The translations under genes were made by a program, and so were the position numbers. From Psammoneis japonica (lineage: Eukaryota): 51,778 nt of DNA. The notes below the pieces were generated by a model. It had not been told where the DNA came from and made no database searches. It saw nothing but the letters and a program-made list of their open reading frames with translations. The DNA is taken from assembly GCA_008632985.1 (NCBI GenBank), contig QPGO01000025.1, positions 620,001 through 671,778 of the forward strand, given 5' to 3'. Shown here one piece after another: positions 25,309 through 36,227 of this stretch. How positions within the stretch are numbered: the first letter of the stretch is position 1; each line of letters begins with the position of its first letter.

Positions 25309-26869
25309 CACCCCTGTGGTAGGGGGAGCTGTGTGTGTGTGCGTGGTTGTGCGCGCACGGCTTCTCCGTGCGTTGAGTTTTAATGTCAACATCCACACGA
25401 GTGTGTGCACTCCACAAGCAAAAATTCCTGTTCCACAGCTCCCCTGAAACTCCAACCACCAAAAACCGAGGGGTCGGAAGCGCACTTTTTGGAAGACAGC
25501 ACACACACCAAAAAAATCACGCGTTTTTGACGACTCGACCATGAGGATGCCTCGTGGTTCTTCCCCATCGCCTTCCCAGGACGCCGATCCTGCTGATGCC
25601 GTTGCCAGTGACACTGATGCAACAGGCAATGTCATCACTCCGGTTCTCGTGGGTGTGACACATGCAAAATAAGATGCTACAAACTCACACTGTTGTTTGC
25701 ACGCTCCACAGCCTCCCACAGATGCTGTCACGAATTCCAAAGCCACACCTGCGTTTCGGGCCCCTGGCATGTCCGACACTGTTGCTCCTGCCCTTGCTGC
25801 CGCAGGCGCTGTTGATGCTGTCATTGTCTTTTGCCAATGACATCCACAATGAAGTGCCAACGACTCACACTTCTTTCATTCTCACCCCACCGCCTCCCAC
25901 AGATGCTGTCACGAATTCCAACGCTGTGCCTGCGTTTCGGCCCCCTGGCATGCAAGATGCTGTTGATCCCACCCTTGAGGCAACATCATGGTCGAGTCGT
26001 CAAAACACGTGTTTTTTTGTGCGGAGAAAAAGAGCTCCCAGAAGTGCGCTTCCGACCCCTCGGTTTTTCGTGGTCAGAGTTTTAGGGGAGAATGTGGTTC
26101 AGGATTTTTCCTGTTGCCATTGGCACTTGTGTGCAAATGCACAAATGAATGTGAGGACATTTGCATGAAAACACAATGAATGAGATGCAAACTGCCACGT
26201 GACCATGACATCACCACATTCTCCCGGGCATGCCAGGGGGCCGAAACGCAGGCACGGCGTTGGAATTCGTGACAGCATCTGTGGGAGGCGGTGGGGTGAG
26301 AATGAAAGAAGTGTGAGTTGTTGGCACTTCATTGTGGATGTTGTTGGCAAAAGACAATGACAGTGTCAACAGCACCTGCGGCAGCAAGGGTGGGAGCAAC
26401 AGTGTTGGGCATGCCAGGGGCCCGAAACGCAGGTGCGGCTTTGGAATTCGTGACAGCATCTGTGGGAGGCTGTGGAGCGTGCAAACAACAGTGTGAGTTT
26501 GTGGCATCTTATTTTGCATGTGTCACACCCACGAGAACCGGAACAATGACATTGCCTGTTGTGTCAGTGTTGTCAGCAACGGCATCAGTAGGATCGGCGT
26601 CCTGGGAAGGCGATGGGGAAGAACCACGAGGCATCATCATGGTCGAGTCGTCAAAACGCGTGATGTTTTGGTTTGTGCGCTGTCTTCCAAAAAGTGCGCT
26701 TCCGACCCCTCGGTTTTTGGTGGTTAGAGTTTTAGGGGAGCTGTGGAATAGGAATTTTTACTTATGGAATATACACATTCGTGTGCATATTAACATTAAA
26801 ACTCAACGCACGGAGAAGCCGTGCGCGCACAACCACGCACACACACACAGCTCCCCTACCACAGGGGTG
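25309..26869. mobile_element. Non-autonomous foldback/MITE-like element; inverted arms of about 645 bp (25309-25953 and 26228-26869) around a spacer of about 274 bp
   Basis: Starts cacccctgtggtagggg and ends cccctaccacaggggtg; the arms align throughout. Each arm holds a direct repeat of about 60 bp (25711-25771 / 25892-25952). The spacer holds a third partial copy of the subterminal segment (about 25985-26090). Confidence 0.88.
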
Positions 26870-27041
26870 CAACATCCTCTGTCCTCTGTCTGCTTCCTCC
26901 GTGGTCATCATAAGATCACCCAGTCGCCGACCACGTCCCCCCACCTTCAACTCACGACAACCCACGACAGCGGCACATCTTTCTTGCTCAACACAAATAC
27001 ACATTCGTTTACGTTGAGTGCGCCTGAGACGTTATCGAACC

Positions 27042-28787
27042 ATGAAGCGTTCAAGGGGAGTAATGTACAATGTGTCGATACATCCAAAGGCTCAATCCGT
27101 TATCGCCATGACGTTGGCGAGTGCCCTTCATTTTTCTGGATACGAGTTTGCTAGAAGTTCAGTCTTGGCCATGTTCACATCCCATCGTACGGGCTTTTCT
27201 AATCCTTCTGCGCTTCCGTTTGCTACCGGGTGAGTGCTATTCACATTTGATCGTATGCTGGTACAATCTGTGATGCTGCGGGCTATTTTCTTACTCACGG
27301 TCATCTCTTCCTCGAATCTTCCCTGTGTGCGTAGTTGCGTCGCTCCTTTCTCGATATGCTTGCTAATGATATACACAAAGATTTTAAGCAAGAGTGGTCC
27401 TCAAAAGGCTCTTCGATACAGCACGTTATTTTGTGCCTGCATGTTCTCATGTGGTGGGTTGATGCTAACTACTATTGATGAGTACCTTGATGATGATTTA
27501 ATTCCCAGCGAGGCAGCGTCCCAGCGAAACATTTACCATTCGATATCCGTGTAGCTCTGTTTTTCATGTATGTGCTACAAAGTGGGTTCGTGCAGCTGTT
27601 GTACACACAACACTGGTCCTTTCTTGGTTCCATACAAAGCCGCGAAGAGGGAGCTGTCTGGTTTTCGCTCATTGCGGGAATTGCGTCCATTTCATCGACT
27701 CTGGCTGCCTTTTCGGTGGCGCCGTTGGTAGCTACGATGGGATTGGGAGGATTATTGTATGCAGCAGCGTCTCTATTGATTCTAAGTGCCATGTGCGGCG
27801 ATTGGGCCTACAATGTTGCGGATCAGGTAAGTTTCTGAGTACCGTTTTGTATTGCTATACAATCCTTCCATTCTGAATAGTTTTGTTTCTGACAACATAT
27901 TTCGTGTTGTAGTATGGCTTCGAACCACGGAAAGTAACTGAACAAAAGAGTTCAAAGAAAAAGAGCAGTAGCACCGATCAATCCTTGCTCCTCACTGCCC
28001 GCCGCTTGTTTCGTAGAGTGCCCGTACTAGGCGCGCTTTGTTCTGAGGTCTTGGGCTGTCAATGCTTGTCGTCTTTGATTTCATTCTTGTACATGATGCA
28101 AGTGAAAGAGAGTATTGCGGATGACGAGAAGCGAGCTGCATGGACTGGGAATTGCTATGCATGGATCAACGGAGTGAGCGGCGTCATTCAGTTTTTCGCT
28201 CTTCCGCTTCTGGTTAAGCACATTGACACCCGATCAATTTGGCTGTTCATGCCTCTTGTGATGATGTGTTTCACCATGTTCCTTGGCTTGCAACCTACTG
28301 TTTCTTTGGAGCTCATAACCGCTTCTTTCTTTGCAATGAAGACCATGGAGTATTCGCTCCGTGGAGTAGCAAACGAGATGGTGAGTTGCAATGACAAGAT
28401 ATCGTCGCCGTCCTCAACTCGTACTGGGATAATAAATTGTCCTCATCTCCCGGGTTTTCTCACCGTTTGATTGTGAATGCATAGGTATATGTGTCGCTTG
28501 ATTACGAAAGTAGATTCGTCGGAAAGGAAATCGTTGGGCTATTTGCAAACAGACTGGGCAAGTCGTTTATGGCTGTAAGTCTCTCTGCAATTACAGCTGC
28601 CTACGGCTCCGATTCTGGAATGTTTTGTCAAATTGCAATGGCATCTAGTTGTGTTTCAGCTTGTTGGTTTGCTGCGTCGTTTCGCCTTACAAAACTAGTG
28701 GATATATCTAACCCGACAAAGGGAAACGCACTCTGTATGGAAAGAGCGACCGTTAGATGCGAAGATACATTAATCCTTTCTCATTGA
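27042..28787 (+). CDS. NTT/TLC (ATP/ADP carrier-like, MFS) membrane transporter, multi-exon, with an apparent 1-bp frameshift near 27548
   Basis: Many TM segments; GYEFARS; WSFLGS...WFSLIAG; KTMEYSLRGVANEM/VYVSLDYESRFVGKEIVGLFANRLGKS resembles the TLC-family C-terminal motif. GT-AG introns near 27230, 27827 and 28381. Confidence 0.7.
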
Positions 28788-29103
28788 TGATCTCGATGAG
28801 ATTGTCTTGAGCTCATTTGGGGGGTGGAGCACTCAAGCAATGTTTGCCGAATTTACTCATCCGTTTCAACAACCAATGCATGACGCTGAGACCATCACTT
28901 TGGAAGTATCCCCTGCAATCCTCGATAAATGCTTCGCGTTCAATGTCGCGTCTGCCACGCAGGAGCATGAAGCGTTAGTGGAACCGGAGCATGAATCCCC
29001 ATCTCTAAGAAGGAACCGGAACAAGACAAACATGGTGGCTCGTCCTCAAATGGCAATGGCAATGACGACTCTGGAGTAAACGAAATTGTATAAAGAATGT
29101 GCA

Positions 29104-29285
29104 GACGCCATTTCATTCTCTGGCAGCCTGTTGTCTCTGTCCAAAACAAGCGGCGATGGGTAAGCAACAGCTTTCCCTCGGTCGGCCCATGATCAGCACG
29201 GTACGAAGTATTGCTTTCAACAGGATTCTCGGCACGTAGGTGGTATCATAGGCTTCTTTCAACGGATTTCCTTACTCGTCCCTGT
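29104..29285 (-). pseudogene. Diverged duplicate of the 3' end and downstream flank of the gene at 33146..34027
   Basis: gacgccatt...aaaacaagcggcgatggg...gaagtattgctttcaa.aggattctcg...ggtatcataggcttc...caacggatt...ctcgtccctg aligns with about 33081-33263. Confidence 0.85.
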
Positions 29286-30510
29286 ACTGTGCATTCCAAC
29301 TAACTAAAATAGTGGCGGTCCATAATAAATATTGCCCTACACATTTCTGCTTATGACTACCTAATTACACGTATCCCCACGATCCTAATCGAGACTCACT
29401 AACGCCTCGGTTGCATTCTTTCCCGCAAAGCTCAAAACAGATTCAAGCCACTCGGACACGTTGTCTACTCTTTTCCGCAAATTGGCAATGGTTTCTGCAA
29501 GCGGTTTCAAAGAGAGGGTTCTAGAAGCTTCGAAACCGCCTTGGTATCTTTCTTAACGGCAGCCTGAATCCACTCCTACGAGTCATTGATTCGTTTCGAG
29601 TAGAAGTAATTATCAAGCTTCGACTCGAATTCATCGGGCTTCCACAAATTGTGTTTGCTAGAATCAAAGTCATCAATCGTCAACGAGGTTCTCTGTCCAA
29701 ACAATGCATCAGTCACCTTGTATACTTGCAAAAGGCTAGTCTAAATCCATGGGGCACTTGCTTGACTCTCTTCCACCAATTGCTCGGCCTGAAATCGATG
29801 TCATCCGGCTTCCACAAGGTTGGCTTCCGAAACAGCGCATCAGTCGTATTGCGTGGTTGCAACACATGGTGGCTTGAGTCTGCAATCCGTAACAAAGCGA
29901 TTCGACATGTCGTTTGCAAGGTTCCAAAAACGATGAAGCATTCCAGACTCTGTATCCAAAAGAGCCGTGCTGAACATCTCTGATGCAACTTCTGACTTGA
30001 TTTCCCAAACAATTTCCATGAAAGTGGTGATCTTGTTTGCGGTTGTTCTTGAAGCGGTGTGTCGTTGTGGAGGATTATTCGCGTGAGACTGGAGGCGTTG
30101 GATTCTCCATTCTTATTCTCAAAATAGATGCAGAACTTGTTTGAGGCTTCCTCTGGTGCAACAATCGTGGGCGTGGTGTTACGAAGGAGTTGTTGGACCC
30201 AGCCATTGGGCGACTCGGCGTCCTCAAACGAAATGCATTGCTGATGACATTGTGGTAACTTGGCGATCTTTTGACATCCACGGGAGTGATTTCAGCCATC
30301 AAATTGCCCTACTGTAGGATGTCGTTCCTGGCTTTCCTTTCAGCCTCTTCGTCTGGTTCCATGAAAAGAAGAAGCTTGTAACCTTACTGTGCTTGGTGCT
30401 TGTCGTTTGGTTCGACCTCCTGTTGAATTTGTGTATTGTGAATGTGAGATGTGCGATGCATGATGCTGATGCTGACCGAAACTCCTCAGCGAACATAATT
30501 CTCAACCAAA

Positions 30511-30628
30511 TGTTTCACGGCGTTTCACAGCGTTTCACAGCGTTTCAAACGAATTTTTCCGTGTATTTGTGCGAGGTCTGGACAAACAAAATGTCAGATC
30601 ATGTCAGACGATGTCAGATGATGTCAGA
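30511..30628. promoter_or_regulatory. Two tandem motif arrays with 10-bp period, upstream of the methyltransferase gene
   Basis: GTTTCA x4 at 30511-30548 and ATGTCAGA x4 at 30591-30628, both at exact 10-bp spacing. Confidence 0.4.
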
Positions 30629-30888
30629 AAATTCAAACGCTGGGGAGAGATTTACCGGGATTACTTCTACGTGGAACCTACGTACCGTACTGTAAAGGAA
30701 TCTGCAAAACGCATCAAAAAAACAAAAAATCAAAACAAATGATTGATCTTCCTCAATGGCGCTTCTGCCGTTGTCTCTAAGTTTGTACCATGGGCTGCAT
30801 CCAGCTTTGTACGAGACGTATAGTGTAACGGTGTGGTAGTCTTGAGCCCACCAGAGACGCTCTCCCTTTTGTAATTCAAACGCTGAAA

Positions 30889-31716
30889 ATGTCAGATCAA
30901 AGCCAGGAAATCGTAGACGATTGGTCAAGCATAATCCCCGAGAATGGGACAATAACGGGGTTTGCACAGCACGAGAGTCAAGCGGTCAACATTGGAGAGG
31001 GAAGAATTGTCCAATTGGACTGCATATCAAAGCTATCTCCGCTTGATATGATGAACTTATACACTGGAATGCATGATGCAACGGGTCATCGAGTGTGGAT
31101 GGGAGCTTATTTGTTTGCTGAAGCCATGGCGGATAATGCAATGTCAGTGTACTTCACTAAGAAACGTGTATTGGAATTGGGATGCGGAACCGGTGTTTCT
31201 GGTATAATCGTATTATTGAAATGCGAGCCGTCTTTGGTCTACTTCACAGACTCAGACCCTGCTGTTCTGGAAGTTTGTCGGCGAAACTGTAGACGAAACC
31301 TCCCGGATAGGAAATGCTATGCTCTCGATCCACTAATCTGGGGAGGCGCAAAAGGCAAAGAAGTATCATCATCGTTGGGAGAAGCATTCGACACTGTACT
31401 AGCAACTGACGTGCTTTATGATATTGGTGCGCTTGTTCCACTTTTGCAAACTGCATCAGAGGCTTTGAGAACGAAGGGTGTTTTTATCCTTTCTCATGTT
31501 CCTCGAGCACAGCTGAGCGACGGAACTTCGGTCGCGAGCAGGGAAGCAATGGAGACTTGCATAAAAAGAGAAGCCGCAGTCGTTGGACTCCATCTTTTAT
31601 CAGTGTTACGCCCCAATGGCTTATCTGGGTGGTGCCATGGTTGCGCTTTGAATTCTGTTCCGCTAACCGAGATGAATGATGCTGGTGCAGCCATTCTCAT
31701 TTTTCAGAAAGGCTAA
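30889..31716 (+). CDS. Methyltransferase family 16 (METTL21/23-like protein methyltransferase)
   Basis: DATGHRVWMGAYL, KKRVLELGCGTGVSG, YFTDSD, LIWG and FDTVLATDVLYD. Confidence 0.9.
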   Translation: MSDQSQEIVDDWSSIIPENGTITGFAQHESQAVNIGEGRIVQLDCISKLSPLDMMNLYTGMHDATGHRVWMGAYLFAEAMADNAMSVYFTKKRVLELGCGTGVSGIIVLLKCEPSLVYFTDSDPAVLEVCRRNCRRNLPDRKCYALDPLIWGGAKGKEVSSSLGEAFDTVLATDVLYDIGALVPLLQTASEALRTKGVFILSHVPRAQLSDGTSVASREAMETCIKREAAVVGLHLLSVLRPNGLSGWCHGCALNSVPLTEMNDAGAAILIFQKG

Positions 31717-31799
31717 CATCTCATAATGCCAGTCAAATTTGGCTTGTATATTCTACTTTAACAGTCTAGAGATCATAGCGTTTTGGAATGGTTCGAATG

Positions 31800-33080
31800 T
31801 TTGTTTCTGGATGCCACAGTCCTTGTGATGAAATCCACTAAGGTATGTCAACATGAAAAGATACATGAGAGAAGACTGAAGGAAAAAGTGCGAATCGCTT
31901 GCAATGATCTTACATTGGACATGGATCCACTCACTCCGGCATGGCCAAATAATGTGGGAAGGCTCCTCTCATCGTCAACAAACCGAATCAACTGGTATCC
32001 CATAGCAAGCGATACGCCCTGATCTTCGCTTTATTTCAGTGGACACGTCATGGCGGTCTGTCCTTGAAGCATGTTTGTGGTACTCTTGTTTGTCACCACG
32101 GCTGTTGCCGCATCCAGAATCTTTGCTAACCAGCTGGCTTGTTCCCAGCTCACGATAGAATACTGCCAGACCCAAAGCTGAAAAACGGCCTCCAGCTGCA
32201 GGACGTTTCCATTTAAAGCCTCTTGGCACTTCCTGATTCCTTGGTCAAGGAAGAATTCTTTGCCACGAAAAGACTTCCTGGCCTTGTTCAGAGCAGGGCT
32301 GGAGAAGTCAGGATCATCAATTCCGACTGGAGCTGTCTTCTCCCGTTGCTTTTGCCTCTCTTCTCTTCTTGAAAACCTGTAGATTTTTTTCCACTGATGT
32401 ATCCGTTTGAGCCATGGGGAATCCACCATCCTTGCCGAAGGGCTAAAAACCCAACATTCGAAACGCTCTTTTGGATTTTGGCTCGAGCACGGCACGGTGT
32501 CGTCGTACCTCCTCGAACGTAGCAGCTTCCTTCCAGTGTTTCACTGAGCACGCGCCACACCAGGTACCGATGACAAGCCAACCAAAAGACATAATGTGGT
32601 GTTCGCACTTCTCATCAGGTCGAATGCTCATTCTCGTCGGCAAGGCAGTCCAGAAGTCAGCAGAGTGCGTCAGGATATGTCGAAGCATAATGGAGCGTTT
32701 CTAAAGCCAACACTGTTCAAGGTCTCTCACTGAAGTTGACATGACACGTCTCAACTCCTCCGGTGAGGTTTCTGTCGGACAGAATGCTTTCCAAACGCGT
32801 TCTGAAACTGGTTCATTATAAGAAAGGCAACCAGCCTCTACCATTATGTGGACCAACGTCGCGGTAACCACTTCTCTAGAGGAATATCAGAGAATGACTG
32901 CATCAGGACGCATCTTTTTAAGGCCGCCCATATGCCCAGTCCATCCATGCGTGTGACAGCAAGTTCCCGTCCGAGTCCAAAACGCAAACTTGGGCACCTG
33001 CAACATTCCTTCTCACTCAATTCTCCAACAGCAGCATTAACACGATTCTGGTGTAAACGTAACTATATAGAGCATGTTTA
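31800..33080 (-). pseudogene. Decayed coding-like sequence of unknown family
   Basis: Overlapping minus-strand ORF fragments (32031..32495, 32443..32688) with protein-like composition, broken by frameshifts. Confidence 0.25.
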
Positions 33081-33145
33081 GACGCCATTACATTTCTGTA
33101 AGCCTTTGTCTCTGTTAAAACAAGCGGCGATGGGGTTAGAAACAG

Positions 33146-34027
33146 CTATCCCTCTGTCGATCCATGATGAGCACCGCATGAAGTATTGCTTTCAAAAGGA
33201 TTCTCGCCGACCACATAGGCGGTATCATAGGCTTCAATCAACGGATTCCCTTTCTCGTCCCTGGCGACCATTTCATCCAACGAAGCAATTTTCTGGTCTA
33301 CGGTTGACGCTAATTCTGACATGGTCAGCTCGTACACCTTCTTTGATTTCCACACGGAGCAAAACAAAGCCAAGTCCTCGTTGATTACACCCGAGAGATA
33401 CAAGAGACAACTACTTTGTTGACGATAGACACTCCCTTGAGCCGCATCCATGCCTTTTGCATATTCTTCGGCCTGTCCTTGTTGCGTTTTAACTTGACGC
33501 AGTTGGAAATACAAGTCGTTCCTTGGGACAGTACTAAGGTCGAGCTGAAAGTCGCTTCCCATAATTTCATCGAATGAAAGCTTTGTAGCAAGATCCGGTG
33601 TGGGAAGTGACGAAACGTCTCCCACAGAATGCTTGGTTATAAATGCTCCAGGTGGTCCACTGATTCGATCCATGAAGCTTTGACGAATCGATGACAGTTT
33701 GCTCGCATCCTCGGCATCCTTCGGAAGGGAATCAAATAGCTCCCGGTCTGACCACACATGAAAGCCCAACAGGGCATTAGGATCCTGTTCACAGGCGCCA
33801 AACAGGTAGTGGATATAGCCAGGTTGCTGGCGATAAAATCGTCCCATGGTTGCTTCAAAGCCTTGCAGACATTCGTCGCGCATGCCTTCCTGAAATGGCA
33901 CCTTCATGCATCCAAAATAGACGGATGACGACGACATGCTGCTAGAAGTAGAAATGGCCACCGCCCTATTCGAAAAGAGATGACCGGAGAGTAGCGGTGC
34001 AGCAAGAAATCGTCTCACCAACGACAT
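33146..34027 (-). CDS. Protein with two ABM-like (dimeric alpha+beta barrel) domains and a possible mitochondrial presequence
   Basis: Internal repeat FYRQQPGYIHYLFG...LLGFHVWSDRE / VYRQQSSCLLYLSG...ALFCSVWKSKK. N-terminus MSLVRRFLAAPLLSG is R/S-rich and lacks acidic residues. Confidence 0.6.
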   Translation of the reverse strand: MSLVRRFLAAPLLSGHLFSNRAVAISTSSSMSSSSVYFGCMKVPFQEGMRDECLQGFEATMGRFYRQQPGYIHYLFGACEQDPNALLGFHVWSDRELFDSLPKDAEDASKLSSIRQSFMDRISGPPGAFITKHSVGDVSSLPTPDLATKLSFDEIMGSDFQLDLSTVPRNDLYFQLRQVKTQQGQAEEYAKGMDAAQGSVYRQQSSCLLYLSGVINEDLALFCSVWKSKKVYELTMSELASTVDQKIASLDEMVARDEKGNPLIEAYDTAYVVGENPFESNTSCGAHHGSTEG

Positions 34028-34235
34028 GCTCTGTTCTTCACATTGTCACGAACCAGAACGAAGAGGAAACCCACAACATCAACCTTCAACAATCAACGCG
34101 TTCGGGTGTGGTCTCGTGTGCTCTTCCCGGACCGCTTGTTCGTTTGTCTGCGGCGTGCATGCGCGCGATAGCGGAATGTTGCCAGTTTGAGTTTCAAGTT
34201 GCAAGAAAAAAACGACAAGCTAAAAGCAAGGCGCA

Positions 34236-36227
34236 ATGGTGCGTCGGATAGCATCATGCCGTTCCTGTCAACGTCGATATTGCAAAAACACATTGTCACC
34301 GTCAGACATCTGTAGCTCCTGTAAATCAGTCGTAGAGTCAAAAGATCCGTCTCTGGAATCTACCGCGACAACAGAAAACAATGACAATTCGACTGCTTCC
34401 GACACTGCTCAGAAATCAAAAAATGAGACATCGAACAACAGTAGCCCTGTGGTTTGCGCCGGTGAGAAGGATAATCAATCACTACAATCTAAGAACGACA
34501 ATATATGTCTAATTTGTGGTTCTTCTTTGGAGCACCTGCCATCGATGAAGAGCCGACTGGCCCATATCAAGCGTTGCTCGAAAAAGCACGGTGTTTCTGC
34601 GAGGAGTATGAAAGAGAATCAGGACGAAGAAGACTTCATAACCAAGGACGAGAACGATTCAACTCCAATTAGAAACGCATTACCAGTTAAGCGTCTTAAT
34701 GAGGTTGAAGCGTCTAATCCATACCAACAATCGAGCAAAGCAGATTGGCACGGTGATGCTTCAGCTCAACCTCAGCAACAGGCATCTTTGACCAAGTTTT
34801 TCCCAGCTCCAATCAAATCAGTCAATAACGTCTTACTAGCAGGAGCAAAACGAATGGCTAAAACTGCTCAGATTCAAAAGAAAAACAATGATAAGAAGCG
34901 TAAGCGACCCCACTTTCATCCCAGAATTTCGACAAAAGTGAGTCTCGGGCTTTCTCTATACGGAATTGCGTTGAAAATTGAAACCAATATCATCTTTTAC
35001 TAATTGTTTGTCTCACCCTTTTATAGGCATGCCCATCCTATAAGCGAATACCAGGAACTGATTTTGTCTGTGACGGCTTTGTGTATGCAAAAAGGTACAT
35101 AGGATTGATTTTTGTGTTTCTCGAGGAGACGTATCGCTTCTGCAAAGACACTAAAAGCACCCTTTTCTTTCTTTTTTGCTGTAAGCTCGTTGACTACTAA
35201 TTACTTCTTGACACATTTTCATTCGGATCATTACGGCGGCATAACGTCCAAATGGAACGCCGGGGTCATATATTGTTCCTTACCAACAGCCAACCTTGTT
35301 CATTCTCAGCTAGGCGTCGAGAAACGTTTCCTTCATCCCTTGCAACTCGATACGCCAACAGTGATTGAGAGCAATCAACGACCGGTTATTGTAACATTGA
35401 TGGATGCCAATCACTGCCCTGGAGCCGTCATGTTCCTTTTTGAGGTTGGGAAACGCCGTATCCTTCATGTCGGCGACTTTCGTTGGAACGCAAACATCAT
35501 GCTTAAGAATGCTGCATTGCGGATCTTTGTGGATGGCAGTGAAACTCGATTGGATGAACTGTTTCTTGATACGACCTATTGCAACGAAAAGTATACTCTT
35601 CCAACCCAGCAGGAGGCCATTCAAGCCGCCACTGAAATTGCAGAGAAGGAGCTTCTGAATCCAAAGGACAAAGTGCTTCTGCTTTTTGGTGCCTATACGA
35701 TTGGGAAGGAACGGATCTATTTGTCAATTGCCCAGCATTTGAGGACAAAGGTGTATGTTGATCAGCGGCGGCATCGTATCTTGTCGTCATTGAATTGGTC
35801 GAGGGATCAAATGTCCCTTTTGACCACTAACAAGACGGAAACCAATTTGTGGGTGGTTCCTCTCGGTCACATCAATTTCAAGAAAATGGAAGAGTATTAC
35901 CCGTGCAGTAACAAAGTCTTTGATCGTAAGACATTTGATCGGATCGTCGGGTTTCGACCGACTGGTTGGTCTCATACGGGGAACAGCAACAAGAATGGCA
36001 TAGTCCAAACGAGAAGAAGCGGCAACATGACAGTGCACGGCGTTCCTTATAGCGAGCATTCGAGTTTCCCAGAATTGGTGGATTGTATCGCCTGCCTCAA
36101 ACCAAAAAAGATTGTGCCAACTGTATCAGCATCGAAGAGCGAGGAACAAGTGGATTTGTTGACGAGAGGACTTCGGCAACGAGAGAAACTACTTCAGCAG
36201 CAAGCAATGTACCAACGTGCCACATGA
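34236..36227 (+). CDS. SNM1: DNA interstrand cross-link repair nuclease SNM1/PSO2 (DCLRE1A-like; MBL + beta-CASP, N-terminal zinc finger), 3 exons
   Basis: YFLTHFHSDHYGGI, DANHCPGAVMFLF, LHVGDFR, FLDTTY, YTIGKER, FRPTGW and VPYSEHSSF; zinc finger CLICG...HIKRC. Introns at about 34938-35027 and 35094-35185. Confidence 0.93.

Noticed and set aside
3715..36227. Apparent clustering of DNA repair/chromosome genes (SMC3, RAD18, SNM1) and of three methyltransferases
   Set aside because: They are spread over more than 30 kb among unrelated genes, and SMC3 and the FAM173-like copy are broken. The methyltransferases belong to protein-methylating families, not DNA methylases. There is no evidence of a functional cluster.
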